Below, piece by piece: positions 8,361 through 18,320 of a stretch of 32,000 bases of DNA. Position 1 is the first letter of the stretch, and each line of letters starts with the position of its first letter. A program made the translations under genes and the position numbers. The stretch lies in NCBI GenBank assembly GCA_030167145.1, contig CP126532.1:2100001-2132000 (forward strand), read 5' to 3'. The notes under the pieces are model-generated. The model saw only the letters and a program-made list of their open reading frames with translations. It was not told the origin of the DNA and did no database searches. This stretch comes from Ktedonobacterales bacterium. Lineage in GTDB: Bacteria > Chloroflexota > Ktedonobacteria > Ktedonobacterales > JADMIN01.

Positions 8361-8399
8361 TGCGCCACACTGAGGCGAGAAAGGACTGCGGCTCCCGCT

Positions 8400-9131
8400 A
8401 TGGGACAAACCGGACAGCATGACGACATAGTGGATACGGCGTTCGAGACGCTGGTGCGGCTGGTGGACGAGGCGCTGGTGCTCGCGGTGAGCGATGATGC
8501 TAGCGCTGGGCCTGCCGAGCACATCTTTGGTTTGGATGATGAGGCGCTGCGGCAGGTGGTGGCACGAGCGCTGGCGCTGGCGGGGGTGACGCAGCCGGTG
8601 GAGATCAGCGTGCTGATGAGCGGAGATGAGGGGCTGCGCGCGCTGAATCGAGATTATCGAGGACGCGACGAGACCACGGATGTGCTCTCGTTTCCGCTGC
8701 TGGATGCGCCATTGGCCCAGGCGCCCGCAGAGCAACTTTGGCAACCACCCGAATTCGATGCAGAGTTCGATGGTGCGCGCGAAGGTGCACCGGAGGATGC
8801 ACTTGAGTGCGCGACAGCAGCGGACGTTACGGAATATGATCTAGATGCTGACGAGCGCGAGGACGACGCTGGCGCAGACGATGAAGACGAGGCGCTGGCC
8901 TTTCTGACGCCGGAGGCAGAGGCGCTACACCTGGGCGACATCGCCATTTCGCGCGACGCAGTGCGGCGGCAGGCGGCGCAGGCGGGGCACAGCCCGACCT
9001 GGGAGTTCGCCTATTTGCTGGCGCACGGGGTGTTGCATCTGGCGGGCTATGACGATCACACCGACGCGGGCTATCAAGCGATGGTGGCCCACCAGGAGAC
9101 GGCGCTGGCGCGGGCAGGCATCGCACGGTAG
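8400..9131 (+). CDS. ybeY: rRNA maturation endoribonuclease YbeY, with a large acidic insertion
   Basis: ALNRDYRGRDETTDVLSFP and HGVLHLAGYDDH match the YbeY signature. The gene sits next to dgkA, as in many genomes. Confidence 0.85.
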   Translation: MGQTGQHDDIVDTAFETLVRLVDEALVLAVSDDASAGPAEHIFGLDDEALRQVVARALALAGVTQPVEISVLMSGDEGLRALNRDYRGRDETTDVLSFPLLDAPLAQAPAEQLWQPPEFDAEFDGAREGAPEDALECATAADVTEYDLDADEREDDAGADDEDEALAFLTPEAEALHLGDIAISRDAVRRQAAQAGHSPTWEFAYLLAHGVLHLAGYDDHTDAGYQAMVAHQETALARAGIAR

Positions 9132-9169
9132 CGGGCGCGCGCCAGGTTGAGCACGGATAACTGGGTAGG

Positions 9170-9697
9170 ATGGCAAGATTCATGAAGACTGTGAGCGCGT
9201 CACAGACCGCGCCACCCGAACCTTTGCGGGCGGCGGGAACGCCAGTGGAGGCGGAACGGGGCGCGCTGCCAATAATTCCGGCGCAGCCCACACGGGTAGC
9301 TGGCGGCGCGCACGATGAGCCACTCGCCGCCTTTCTGCAGAGCTTTGTCTACGCGGGCAGCGGCCTGTGGCATACGATTCGCACGCAGCGTAACATGCGG
9401 GTGCATGCGGCGCTGGCATTGGCGGCTATCGCGCTGGGCATCGCGTTGCACCTCTCGCCGGTGGAGTTCGCGATCATCTTTATTGTGATTACCGGGGTGG
9501 TGGTCACGGAGATGTTCAATACGGTGGCTGAGGCGGTGGTGGATCTGGCGACCAGGGAGTATCATCCGCTGGCGCGGGTGGCCAAGGATGTGGCGGCGGG
9601 CGCGGTGCTACTCAACGCGATTCTGGCGGTGGTGGTGGCGCTATTCATCTATGTGCCGCACCTGTGGCCGCTGCTGCTGCACCTGCTGAAGCGTTGA
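9170..9697 (+). CDS. dgkA: diacylglycerol / undecaprenol kinase family protein
   Basis: The prokaryotic DAGK pattern is present: RNMRVHAALALAAIALGIAL...EMFNTVAEAVVD...LARVAKDVAAGAVLLNAILAVVVALFIY. It has three TM helices and a roughly 50-aa N-terminal extension. Confidence 0.8.
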   Translation: MARFMKTVSASQTAPPEPLRAAGTPVEAERGALPIIPAQPTRVAGGAHDEPLAAFLQSFVYAGSGLWHTIRTQRNMRVHAALALAAIALGIALHLSPVEFAIIFIVITGVVVTEMFNTVAEAVVDLATREYHPLARVAKDVAAGAVLLNAILAVVVALFIYVPHLWPLLLHLLKR

Positions 9698-9720
9698 ATA
9701 ATGGCGCGGGTAGGTAGGCG

Positions 9721-10476
9721 TCAGGCGGTGGTGTCGGGCGGTGGTGGCGCAGGGATGGCTGGAGTAGACGCGGATGCGGGCGCGGATGGGCTGCCGCTCG
9801 CGATAGGCAGCGCGTCGGCGTAGGGACCACGATTTTCAGGCGGAAGCATAGCGGCGATACGGCGCATGATCTCGTCGGTGGCGAGGGCCATGCTGTCGCG
9901 GGGGCGCATGCCGGGAGTCTGGCCGACGGTAAAGGGCTTGCTGTAGCGAATGGTGACGCGCGGCGCCCAGGGGCCGTAGCGACCCTTGAAAAGCTGTTTG
10001 GTGCCGGTGATGGCGACGGCGATGATCGGCGCGCCGGTACGCATGGCGATGTAGCCTGCGCCGGGGTGCGCCTGAATCAGCGCACCAGATTCGCTGCGGT
10101 GGCCTTCGGGGAAGATGACGAAACATTTGTTTTCGGCAAGCAGCCGTTCCGCCGTGCGCAGCGCCTCGCGGTCGCCTTCGCCACGCCGGACGGGAAACGC
10201 GCCCAGGAAGCGGATGAGGCCGCCGAGTACGGGCTTATTGAATAGCTCGATCTTGGCCATGTAGTGGGTAATGCGGGGGACGCGCAGCGAGGCGAGGGGG
10301 ATGTCGCTCCAGTGGATGTGATTCACGGCGAGGATGACGGGACCAGTGCGCGGGATGTTCTCGATGCCTTCGGTGCGCAGCCGCGCGAGCAACGGAATGA
10401 TCAGCCGTGCGAAGGTGCGGACAAGGTAATAGATGAGGGTTGATTCTTTGCCGTCAAGTTTCTCAGCGCCAGCCAT
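9721..10476 (-). CDS. plsC: 1-acyl-sn-glycerol-3-phosphate acyltransferase
   Basis: The H-x4-D acyltransferase motif VNHIHWSD and the FPEGHRS motif are present. AAAGGTGG lies 5 nt before the ATG. A Pro/Ala/Ser-rich C-terminal tail follows. Confidence 0.85.
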   Translation of the reverse strand: MAGAEKLDGKESTLIYYLVRTFARLIIPLLARLRTEGIENIPRTGPVILAVNHIHWSDIPLASLRVPRITHYMAKIELFNKPVLGGLIRFLGAFPVRRGEGDREALRTAERLLAENKCFVIFPEGHRSESGALIQAHPGAGYIAMRTGAPIIAVAITGTKQLFKGRYGPWAPRVTIRYSKPFTVGQTPGMRPRDSMALATDEIMRRIAAMLPPENRGPYADALPIASGSPSAPASASTPAIPAPPPPDTTA

Positions 10477-10499
10477 GCTGCCACCTTTCGTTTTCTGCG

Positions 10500-11189
10500 C
10501 TACGCGCGGCTCGCGCGCCGTTCAGCTAACAGGTCGAAGATGCGCGCGACCACGTCGTCGGCGGTAAGCGCGTCGTTGTTGATGCGCACGACATCGGGCG
10601 GGATGGGCATGTTGGCAGCGTCGCTGGCATCGCGCTGGGCGATCTCGTGGCGCACGGTATCAAGCGACGGAGCGCGAACGCCATAGGTGGCAACAAGATC
10701 GGCATGACGCCGCCGGGCGCGTTCGTCAAGCGAGGTTTCGAGGAGGATCTTGAGGTCGGCCTCTGGCAGGACAACGGCGCCTATGTCGCGCCCGACCATC
10801 ACGACACTCTGGTTGTCGGCGGTTTCGCGCTGGCGTTGGCGCATGGCGGCGCGAACCAGCGGCGGGCTGGAGACCTGCGAGACGGCAGCATCTACAGCAG
10901 GTGTGCGCAGGCGGGTGGTGACGTCGTCGCCGTCTACAAGGACGGTATACTGGCGTCCGTCGGCGAGGGTGGGTGCGGTGATGATGATGGCCACGTGCGC
11001 AGCGAGGTCGCTCAGGGCATCGGCGTCATCTGGCGAGATGTCGCGGTCTAGGGCGACAAAGGTGAGGGCGCGGTAGAAGGCGCCGGTATCTACGTAGAGG
11101 TAGCCCAGGCGCGCGGCTAGCCGGGCGCCAATGGTGCTCTTGCCGGTGCCAGCGGCGCCGTCAATGGCGATTTGCGGGTGCGCTCGCAT
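10500..11189 (-). CDS. cmk: cytidylate kinase
   Basis: IAIDGAAGTGKSTIGARLAARLGYLYVDTGAFYRAL contains the P-loop and Cmk signature. I use ATG 11189 (MRAHPQIAIDG). The ORF-track start at 11402 adds 71 implausible residues. Confidence 0.9.
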   Translation of the reverse strand: MRAHPQIAIDGAAGTGKSTIGARLAARLGYLYVDTGAFYRALTFVALDRDISPDDADALSDLAAHVAIIITAPTLADGRQYTVLVDGDDVTTRLRTPAVDAAVSQVSSPPLVRAAMRQRQRETADNQSVVMVGRDIGAVVLPEADLKILLETSLDERARRRHADLVATYGVRAPSLDTVRHEIAQRDASDAANMPIPPDVVRINNDALTADDVVARIFDLLAERRASRA

Positions 11190-11417
11190 GATGTCTCGCT
11201 GTCTCCGTGGCGTGGTGGTATGGCGGTGTGGACCGCATGCCGGAACTGGTGGATGGCGGCGTTGCTCCCGCGCACCAAGTGGCATTATAGCAGGGCCGGG
11301 TTGCGAGTGGAAAGGTGGAATGGATGGGGCTATTTGGTCGTAACGCGATGCTCTTCGCTTGATGTGCTTGGTGTGGATACAGCAGCCGCGAATTTGTAGC
11401 AATGTGTCCTTGAGGTA

Positions 11418-11445
11418 TTGACAGCGAGTTGTTTATCGGTATACT
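11418..11445 (+). promoter_or_regulatory. near-consensus sigma70-type promoter
   Basis: TTGACA (11418-11423), 16-nt spacer, TATACT (11440-11445). It lies about 400 nt upstream of the next start codon at 11846. Confidence 0.5.
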
Positions 11446-11451
11446 TGACAT

Positions 11452-11845
11452 CAGCCGTGTTGCGTAGGCTGGCCTATGCTATATGGCCGCCCCTGCCGGA
11501 GGTGAAAGTAGGGGTCAATAGGCAGCGAGGGTCCACGCTCAGATGCTTCGCTTCTTGCATCGTTGGACTGCCTGTAGAGCAGAGCGATGCGCCGGTGTGC
11601 GGTATGCGGGTGGCTGAGTGGGACGCTGAAAGGAGGGGCGCAAGAACCCCCGGATCGTTCATTGAACAGGCGAAATTCCAGATGATCGCGCGCTGTTGGC
11701 GTGGTTGTCCGCGTGTCCATTCCGCGTAAACTAGGCGCCCGACTCATGCCCGCACTGATAGTGGGCGTTGTGAGGCGGGGAAACGTGTGGGATGCCTATG
11801 GCAGTCATCCCTTTATAACATCCCTCAAAGAGGAGACACATCGCG
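11452..11845 (+). promoter_or_regulatory. long structured 5' leader / candidate cis-regulatory RNA, class not recognised
   Basis: About 390 nt lie between the predicted TSS and GTG 11846 with no credible ORF. Nested helices are visible, for example GCCTAT(11472-11477)...CCCCT-N15-AGGGG...ATAGGC(11517-11522). There are mutually exclusive pairings GATGC/GCATC versus GCATCG/CGATGC at 11541-11590. A hairpin GGGG-cgcaagaa-CCCC lies at 11635-11650. Confidence 0.3.
11789..11818 (+). terminator. terminator-like hairpin at the 3' end of the leader
   Basis: GGGATG (11789-11794), 11-nt loop, CATCCC (11806-11811), then TTTATAA. A second CATCCC copy at 11819-11824 offers an alternative partner. The SD GAGGAG lies at 11830-11835. 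Confidence 0.3.
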
Positions 11846-12853
11846 GTGAAACGATCTCGTTCGATTCTTGTTACCTCGGTTGTGGCAGTGGCGAGCGCCG
11901 CCCTGGTTGCCGCGCTCGCTTTCGCTGCCTTTGTTGGTCCTGCTGGCGCGCATGCCGGCAGCACGGACGGTATGAGTGTGCTCCATCCGGGAACGGTCAG
12001 TATGCCCTTGATGGGCCATCAGAAGGCCCAACCTAATGTCATCAAGGGCAGCACCACCAATGACCTCTATTATCACGGCGGCGTCAGCGGCTCTGGTGTA
12101 GAGACCGGCGCCGACAAGGTGTATCTGATCTTCTGGGGTTCCCAGTGGAATAACAATGATCCCTCTGGGGAAGCCTCGCTCGTCACCAACTTCTTCAACC
12201 ATGTTGGCGGCAGCTCCTGGAACAATTCGGTGACACAGTATTGCCAGGGCGTGGCCAGCGGCACCTACTACTGCAACGGCGCGGGCACAGCGGCGACCAA
12301 CCCAACTGGTGTGCTGGCCGGAACCTGGTATGATAACGCGGCCACCGCACCGAATCACCCGACGCAGTCCGCGCTCGCCAGCGAGGCGGTCAAGGCTGCG
12401 GGGCACTTCGGCAACACGACGGCCGCGTCGAATACGACAGTGCAGTATGTCGTTTATACCTCAACGGGCCACAATATGCGCGGCTTCGGCACGCAGTGGT
12501 GCGCCTGGCATAGCTCGACCAGCTCCAGCTATGGCAACGTGGCCTACACCAACATGCCGTACATCACGGATGCGGGCGCAAGCTGCGGCGCGAACTTCAA
12601 CGGCCTGGGCGCCAACGCGGGCATCACCATCGTCGGTGGGCACGAGTTCGCCGAGACCGAGACCGACATCTACCCCAACGGCGGCTGGCTCGATAGCGGC
12701 GGCTCTGAGAACGGCGATAAGTGCGCCTGGATCAGCTCTGGCCAGGGCGCGTCGGCCAACGTGACGATGAACGGCGCGACCTTCCCGGTGCAATCGCTGT
12801 GGAGCAACGCCTTCAACAGTGGGTCCGGCGGCTGCGTGCTGTCCTATCCCTAA
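11846..12853 (+). CDS. secreted protein of unknown function
   Basis: GTG start 10 nt after GAGGAG. Sec-type signal peptide MKRSRSILVTSVVAVASAALVAALAFAAFVGPAGAHA. The mature part is rich in Gly/Ser/Thr/Asn/Trp and has conserved-looking blocks LYYHGG, VYLIFWGSQW, WCAWHS and GGHEFAETETD. Confidence 0.8.
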   Translation: MKRSRSILVTSVVAVASAALVAALAFAAFVGPAGAHAGSTDGMSVLHPGTVSMPLMGHQKAQPNVIKGSTTNDLYYHGGVSGSGVETGADKVYLIFWGSQWNNNDPSGEASLVTNFFNHVGGSSWNNSVTQYCQGVASGTYYCNGAGTAATNPTGVLAGTWYDNAATAPNHPTQSALASEAVKAAGHFGNTTAASNTTVQYVVYTSTGHNMRGFGTQWCAWHSSTSSSYGNVAYTNMPYITDAGASCGANFNGLGANAGITIVGGHEFAETETDIYPNGGWLDSGGSENGDKCAWISSGQGASANVTMNGATFPVQSLWSNAFNSGSGGCVLSYP

Positions 12854-12885
12854 AGCCAGGCGAATCTTCACCAGCAGGTGAAACG

Positions 12886-12920
12886 GAGGGGCCGTCCTTC
12901 AGGACGGCCCCTCTTTTTTT
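12886..12920 (+). terminator. rho-independent terminator, placed between convergent genes
   Basis: Perfect 12-bp GC-rich stem GAGGGGCCGTCC (12886-12897) / GGACGGCCCCTC (12902-12913), loop TTCA, followed by seven T (12914-12920). It lies 33 nt after the secreted-protein stop and 5 nt from the dnaJ stop. Confidence 0.85.
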
Positions 12921-12924
12921 GTTG

Positions 12925-14067
12925 CTACTCGAAGCGCATCGCGTCCTTGAGCCGGTCGAAGAGGTTGTGCGAGCCGCGCTCATTCTGCTGCCGCTCGATC
13001 TCGGCGAACTCATGCAGCAGTTCTTTCTGCCGCGCCGTCAGCGATTGCGGCGTCACCAGCTTGACTGTCACCAGTTCATCGCCGCGCTGCGTACTATGGA
13101 TGACTGGAATGCCCTTGCCCTTTAGCCGGAAGGTGCGCCCGCTCTGCGTGCCTGAAGGAATCTTCAGTGTTTCCTTGCCATCCAGTGTGGGCACTTCCAC
13201 CTCTGAACCCAGCGACGCCTCGGCGAAGCTGATTGGCAATTCATAGAGGATGTCGGTGTTTTGCCGCTTGAAATACTCGTGCGGCTTGACCGAGAGCGCC
13301 ACGAACAGGTTCCCCGGCGTGCCACCACGCGCGGGCGCTTCGCCTTCACCCGTCACCCGCACGGTGATGCCGTCATCCACGCCCGCCGGAATGTTTACCG
13401 TCACGCGCTTGATATTGCGCACGCGCCCCTGGCCGGAGCAACGGTCGCACGGCGTGGTAATCACCCGTCCCTCGCCACGGCAGCGGTCGCAGACCATCAC
13501 ATTCACGAACTGCCCGAAGATAGATTGCTGCACCCGGCGGATCTCGCCGGTGCCCTGGCAGGCCGAGCAGCGCGTCGTATTCGTCCCTGGCGCCGCGCCG
13601 CTGCCGTGGCAGGTCGCGCAGGCCTCCCAGCGCGGAATCTCGATTTCCTTCTGCGCGCCGCGCACCGCTTCCTCGAAGGTCAGCGTCAGCTCATAGCGCA
13701 GGTCCGCCCCACGCTGCGCGCCGGTGCGCCTGCCAGTCGTGCCCGCGCCCGCCGCATTGAAAAATTGCTCGAATATATCCGTGAAGCTGCCGAAGCCGAA
13801 GCCCTCGAACGGGCTGCCGCCCGCCGCACCGGCGCCCGCTCCCACGCCCGCATGGCCAAAACGGTCGTATGCCTGCCGCTTCTGCGCGTCGCCTAGCACT
13901 TCGTAGGCTTCGTTGATTTCTTTAAATCGCTCTTCCGCACCTTTATCTTTATTCACATCAGGGTGATATTGGCGCGCGAGCCGCCGGAAGGCTTTCTTGA
14001 CGTCTTCCTCGTTGGCGCTGCGCGCAACGCCCAACACCTCGTAATAATCACGTTTCGTGGCGGCCAT
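12925..14067 (-). CDS. dnaJ: molecular chaperone DnaJ
   Basis: J domain RDYYEVLGV...HPDVN, a Gly-rich linker, and four CxxCxGxG zinc motifs ([32 protein letters not shown]). ATG 14067 follows AGAGGAAG; a GTG at 14094 is the alternative. Confidence 0.95.
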   Translation of the reverse strand: MAATKRDYYEVLGVARSANEEDVKKAFRRLARQYHPDVNKDKGAEERFKEINEAYEVLGDAQKRQAYDRFGHAGVGAGAGAAGGSPFEGFGFGSFTDIFEQFFNAAGAGTTGRRTGAQRGADLRYELTLTFEEAVRGAQKEIEIPRWEACATCHGSGAAPGTNTTRCSACQGTGEIRRVQQSIFGQFVNVMVCDRCRGEGRVITTPCDRCSGQGRVRNIKRVTVNIPAGVDDGITVRVTGEGEAPARGGTPGNLFVALSVKPHEYFKRQNTDILYELPISFAEASLGSEVEVPTLDGKETLKIPSGTQSGRTFRLKGKGIPVIHSTQRGDELVTVKLVTPQSLTARQKELLHEFAEIERQQNERGSHNLFDRLKDAMRFE

Positions 14068-14330
14068 CGGCTTCCTCTTCTTGCGGCGCTCCACCTTGGC
14101 ATGCTCACACGCGCTCGCACTCGTGCGCCATGTTCAGCCGGTCTCGTCGCCTTCCCCCACAGAGTCTCGCGGTTCGCCGCTCCACGCCAGCCATCCGCAA
14201 GCCTCGCCAGTATACCAAAAATGCTGTGCTAGCAGAAATATACTCTATACGCCAATGTGGCTAGGCGCATCATAGCAGATACGCCCGCCACAGATAGGAC
14301 TCTTGGCACTCTCGCCGCATGAGCAGTATC

Positions 14331-14359
14331 GGGCAGGCGATGACGTACACAGCCTGCCC
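14331..14359 (-). other. strong hairpin immediately after the dnaK stop codon (intra-operon attenuator or stabiliser candidate)
   Basis: GGGCAGGC (14331-14338) / GCCTGCCC (14352-14359), 13-nt loop. It is extendable by TATC/GATA with one bulge. No U-run follows. Confidence 0.4.
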
Positions 14360-14368
14360 TGATACTAC

Positions 14369-16255
<1,887 letters not shown>

Positions 16256-16394
16256 GAATGAGCCTCCTCACAACAAAATAGACACAACTGAAATTGGCGT
16301 TTGGTTCTCAGATGGCTCGCGAACGAGCGACTACATGACTACTCTCGACTACGTGTGAGTCTCGTGGCGGTTGTCTGTGCGCCCGGTGTTGCCG

Positions 16395-17078
16395 CTACTC
16401 ACTCCTAGTGGGCGCCTCCTCCGGCGGAGACTCCGCCACGTCTGCCCGTGTTTCAGCAGCGTCGGGGTTTTGTGGCGCCCGCGCCACCTGCACCAGCGCC
16501 GGACGGATCAGCATCCCACGCGCTTCATAGCCGCGCTGGACCACCACCGCGACGTGTCCCGCTGGATGCTCGTTTGTCTCGATCTCGCCGATAGCCTGAT
16601 GCATCTTTGGATCGAACGGCTGGCCTGGCGTCGTCTCGATGGCCTGCACGCCATTGGCATTGAAGGCGTTGAGCACCTGCAAATGTACTAGCGCCACGCC
16701 ATCTATCCACGAATACGCGCGCAGTGTCGGCGGCAGTGTCGCGAAGGCGCGCTCGAAGCTATCCACCGCAGGCAGCAGTGACGCAATCACGCGCCCCGCG
16801 GCCAGCGCTTCGATCTGCTCTTGCTCTTGTTGCGCGCGCCGCTTGAAGTTCGAGAAGTCGGCCTGCGCGCGCTGCCAGCGGTTCATGTAATCCGTGGCGG
16901 CCTCGCGCTCGCGCGTCAGTTCAGCCTCCAGGGCGGCGATGCGCTCGGTCAGCGTGTTCGCCTCGGTCGCGCTGTCTGTCGCTGTGGCGCTATCTGTCGG
17001 CTCAGCGTCGCTGGCGGGCATGCCCGCCACCTGCGGCTCCTGGGGTGTGGTCTCGGTTGTGATCTCGTCCTCAGCCAT
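16395..17078 (-). CDS. grpE: nucleotide exchange factor GrpE
   Basis: RWQRAQADFSNFKRRAQQE...LLPAVDSFERA...FDPKMHQAI...GYEARGMLIRPALV. ATG 17078 overlaps the hrcA stop by 8 nt (ATGGCTGA) and follows GGGAAGGGAAG. Confidence 0.9.
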   Translation of the reverse strand: MAEDEITTETTPQEPQVAGMPASDAEPTDSATATDSATEANTLTERIAALEAELTREREAATDYMNRWQRAQADFSNFKRRAQQEQEQIEALAAGRVIASLLPAVDSFERAFATLPPTLRAYSWIDGVALVHLQVLNAFNANGVQAIETTPGQPFDPKMHQAIGEIETNEHPAGHVAVVVQRGYEARGMLIRPALVQVARAPQNPDAAETRADVAESPPEEAPTRSE

Positions 17079-18165
17079 GCTTCCCTTCCCAGTCATGTTC
17101 ATCGGGTGTATGTAGCTCGGTGAGAAGATCATCGAGCATTTGCGTCATATACCGCACGACGGCGATGGCGCGCCCATATTGCATACGAGTCGGGCCGACG
17201 ATGCCGACCATGCCACTGGACTGCCCCGGAGTGCCGTAGCGCGCCGCGACCACGCTCATATCTTTGAGAATTTCCGGCTCGTTCTCGGCGCCAATAATCA
17301 CCTGCACGCCCTCCGCCGCCATCACCTGTGGGGCGATGGTCGGCAAGAACTGGCTGCGCTCCAGCACCTCAACGACGCGCCGGATGCGGTCGGAGTCCGC
17401 GTGGGCATATTCTTCGCGCCGCAACAATTGCGAGATGCCTTCGGAGTAGAATGCGCCTGGCGCAAAGACATCGAGTTGCTCCAGCATGCGAGCCAGCGAT
17501 TCGGCGACGATACGCTCATTGGTCGAGTAGAACTCGCCTTCGAGGCTGGCGTGCGCGGTCACGGCGTCGGCAGTGGCCCCCCGGAAACGGTCGTTGAAGT
17601 GCTCCGCCACCCGGCTCAGTTCGTCCTGCGCCGCTGGCTCGTCCAGCAGCAGCCGCTCCTGACGCACCGTGCCATCGGAGAGCACGAGCACCAGCAGTGC
17701 CACCGCTTCGTTCAGCGCCAGCAACGCGAAATGCTTGAGCCGGGGTTGCAGGCCACGCGGCGGTGTGACGATGGCCGCGCTTTGCAGCAGCCGCGCCATC
17801 ACCGATGCCGTCAGCCGCACCCACTCATCCAACTGGTGCTGCACCTGAAAGAACTGATGGCGGATCAGCCGCTGCTCTTCCAGCGGCAAGCGCGACTCGC
17901 CCATCAGCCGCTCGACGAAATAGCGATAGCCCAGGTCGGTGGGGATGCGCCCGGCGGAGATATGCGGCTGGTAGATCAAGCCTTCGTCTTCCAGCGCCAC
18001 CAGTTCGTTGCGTACCGTGGCCGAGGCGTAGCCCGCGCCGTAGATCGCGGCCAATTGGTCGGAGAGTTGCTTGGAGGGCACTGGTTCGCCGGTCTGGGTG
18101 TATTGCTCGATCAGCGCACGCAGAATAGCTTCCTTGCGCTGGCTCAAGCGGCGCTCTTTCGGCAT
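17071..18165 (-). CDS. hrcA: heat-inducible transcription repressor HrcA
   Basis: LSQRKEAILRALIEQYTQTGEPVPSKQL...ASATVRNELVALEDEGLIYQPHISAGRIPTDLGYRYFV. ATG 18165 lies 9 nt after GGGAGGGG. It is the first gene of the hrcA-grpE-dnaK-dnaJ order. Confidence 0.9.
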   Translation of the reverse strand: MPKERRLSQRKEAILRALIEQYTQTGEPVPSKQLSDQLAAIYGAGYASATVRNELVALEDEGLIYQPHISAGRIPTDLGYRYFVERLMGESRLPLEEQRLIRHQFFQVQHQLDEWVRLTASVMARLLQSAAIVTPPRGLQPRLKHFALLALNEAVALLVLVLSDGTVRQERLLLDEPAAQDELSRVAEHFNDRFRGATADAVTAHASLEGEFYSTNERIVAESLARMLEQLDVFAPGAFYSEGISQLLRREEYAHADSDRIRRVVEVLERSQFLPTIAPQVMAAEGVQVIIGAENEPEILKDMSVVAARYGTPGQSSGMVGIVGPTRMQYGRAIAVVRYMTQMLDDLLTELHTPDEHDWEGKHG

Positions 18166-18211
18166 GCGACCTGGCCCCTCCCGCCAACCTGACACGTCAC
18201 GGCCGCCCTTG

Positions 18212-18238
18212 CTGGCACTCGTGTCATCAGACTGCTAA
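18212..18238 (-). promoter_or_regulatory. CIRCE-like HrcA operator (promoter-proximal copy)
   Basis: The minus strand reads TTAGCAGTC-N9-GAGTGCCAG against the consensus TTAGCACTC-N9-GAGTGCTAA, matching 15 of 18 positions. It lies between the predicted -10 and the hrcA start. Confidence 0.7.
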
Positions 18239-18246
18239 CTCCACAT

Positions 18247-18275
18247 ACGATAGCATCTGCTGGCAGTCATGTCAA
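18247..18275 (-). promoter_or_regulatory. candidate sigma70-type promoter of the hrcA operon
   Basis: On the minus strand: TTGACA (18275-18270), 17-nt spacer, TATCGT (18252-18247). The -35 box sits inside the spacer of the distal CIRCE copy. Confidence 0.45.
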
Positions 18276-18286
18276 GAGAGTGCCAA
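18260..18286 (-). promoter_or_regulatory. CIRCE-like HrcA operator (distal copy, overlapping the -35)
   Basis: The minus strand reads TTGGCACTC-N9-GACTGCCAG, matching 14 of 18 consensus positions. Confidence 0.6.
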
Positions 18287-18320
18287 GCGGGTTTTCAGTC
18301 GCTCATCCTATCTCGTGCGC

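Noticed and set aside
10500-11402. Long (300-aa) version of the cmk ORF
   Set aside because: The 71 extra N-terminal residues are Pro/His/Arg-rich and have no homology expectation. Cmk proteins begin a few residues before the P-loop, and ATG 11189 fits.
11452-11845. Assignment of the leader to a known RNA class (cobalamin, c-di-AMP ydaO, c-di-GMP-I, guanidine ykkC, FMN, TPP, RNase P, tmRNA, SRP RNA)
   Set aside because: I compared it by eye with the conserved cores I remember: the B12 box and GCCACUG, ACCCGAA...CAGCUAACC, GGCAAACC...ACGCAAAGCC, GGUCCGAGAG, and GAGGAAAGUCC. None is present. The only similarity is partial: GGGGCGCAAGAACCCCCGG versus the c-di-GMP-I ACGCAAAGCC-CCGG, without the partner helix.
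17140-18192. 350-aa plus-strand ORF antisense to hrcA
   Set aside because: It is a shadow ORF. The hrcA frame carries clear family motifs and operon context.
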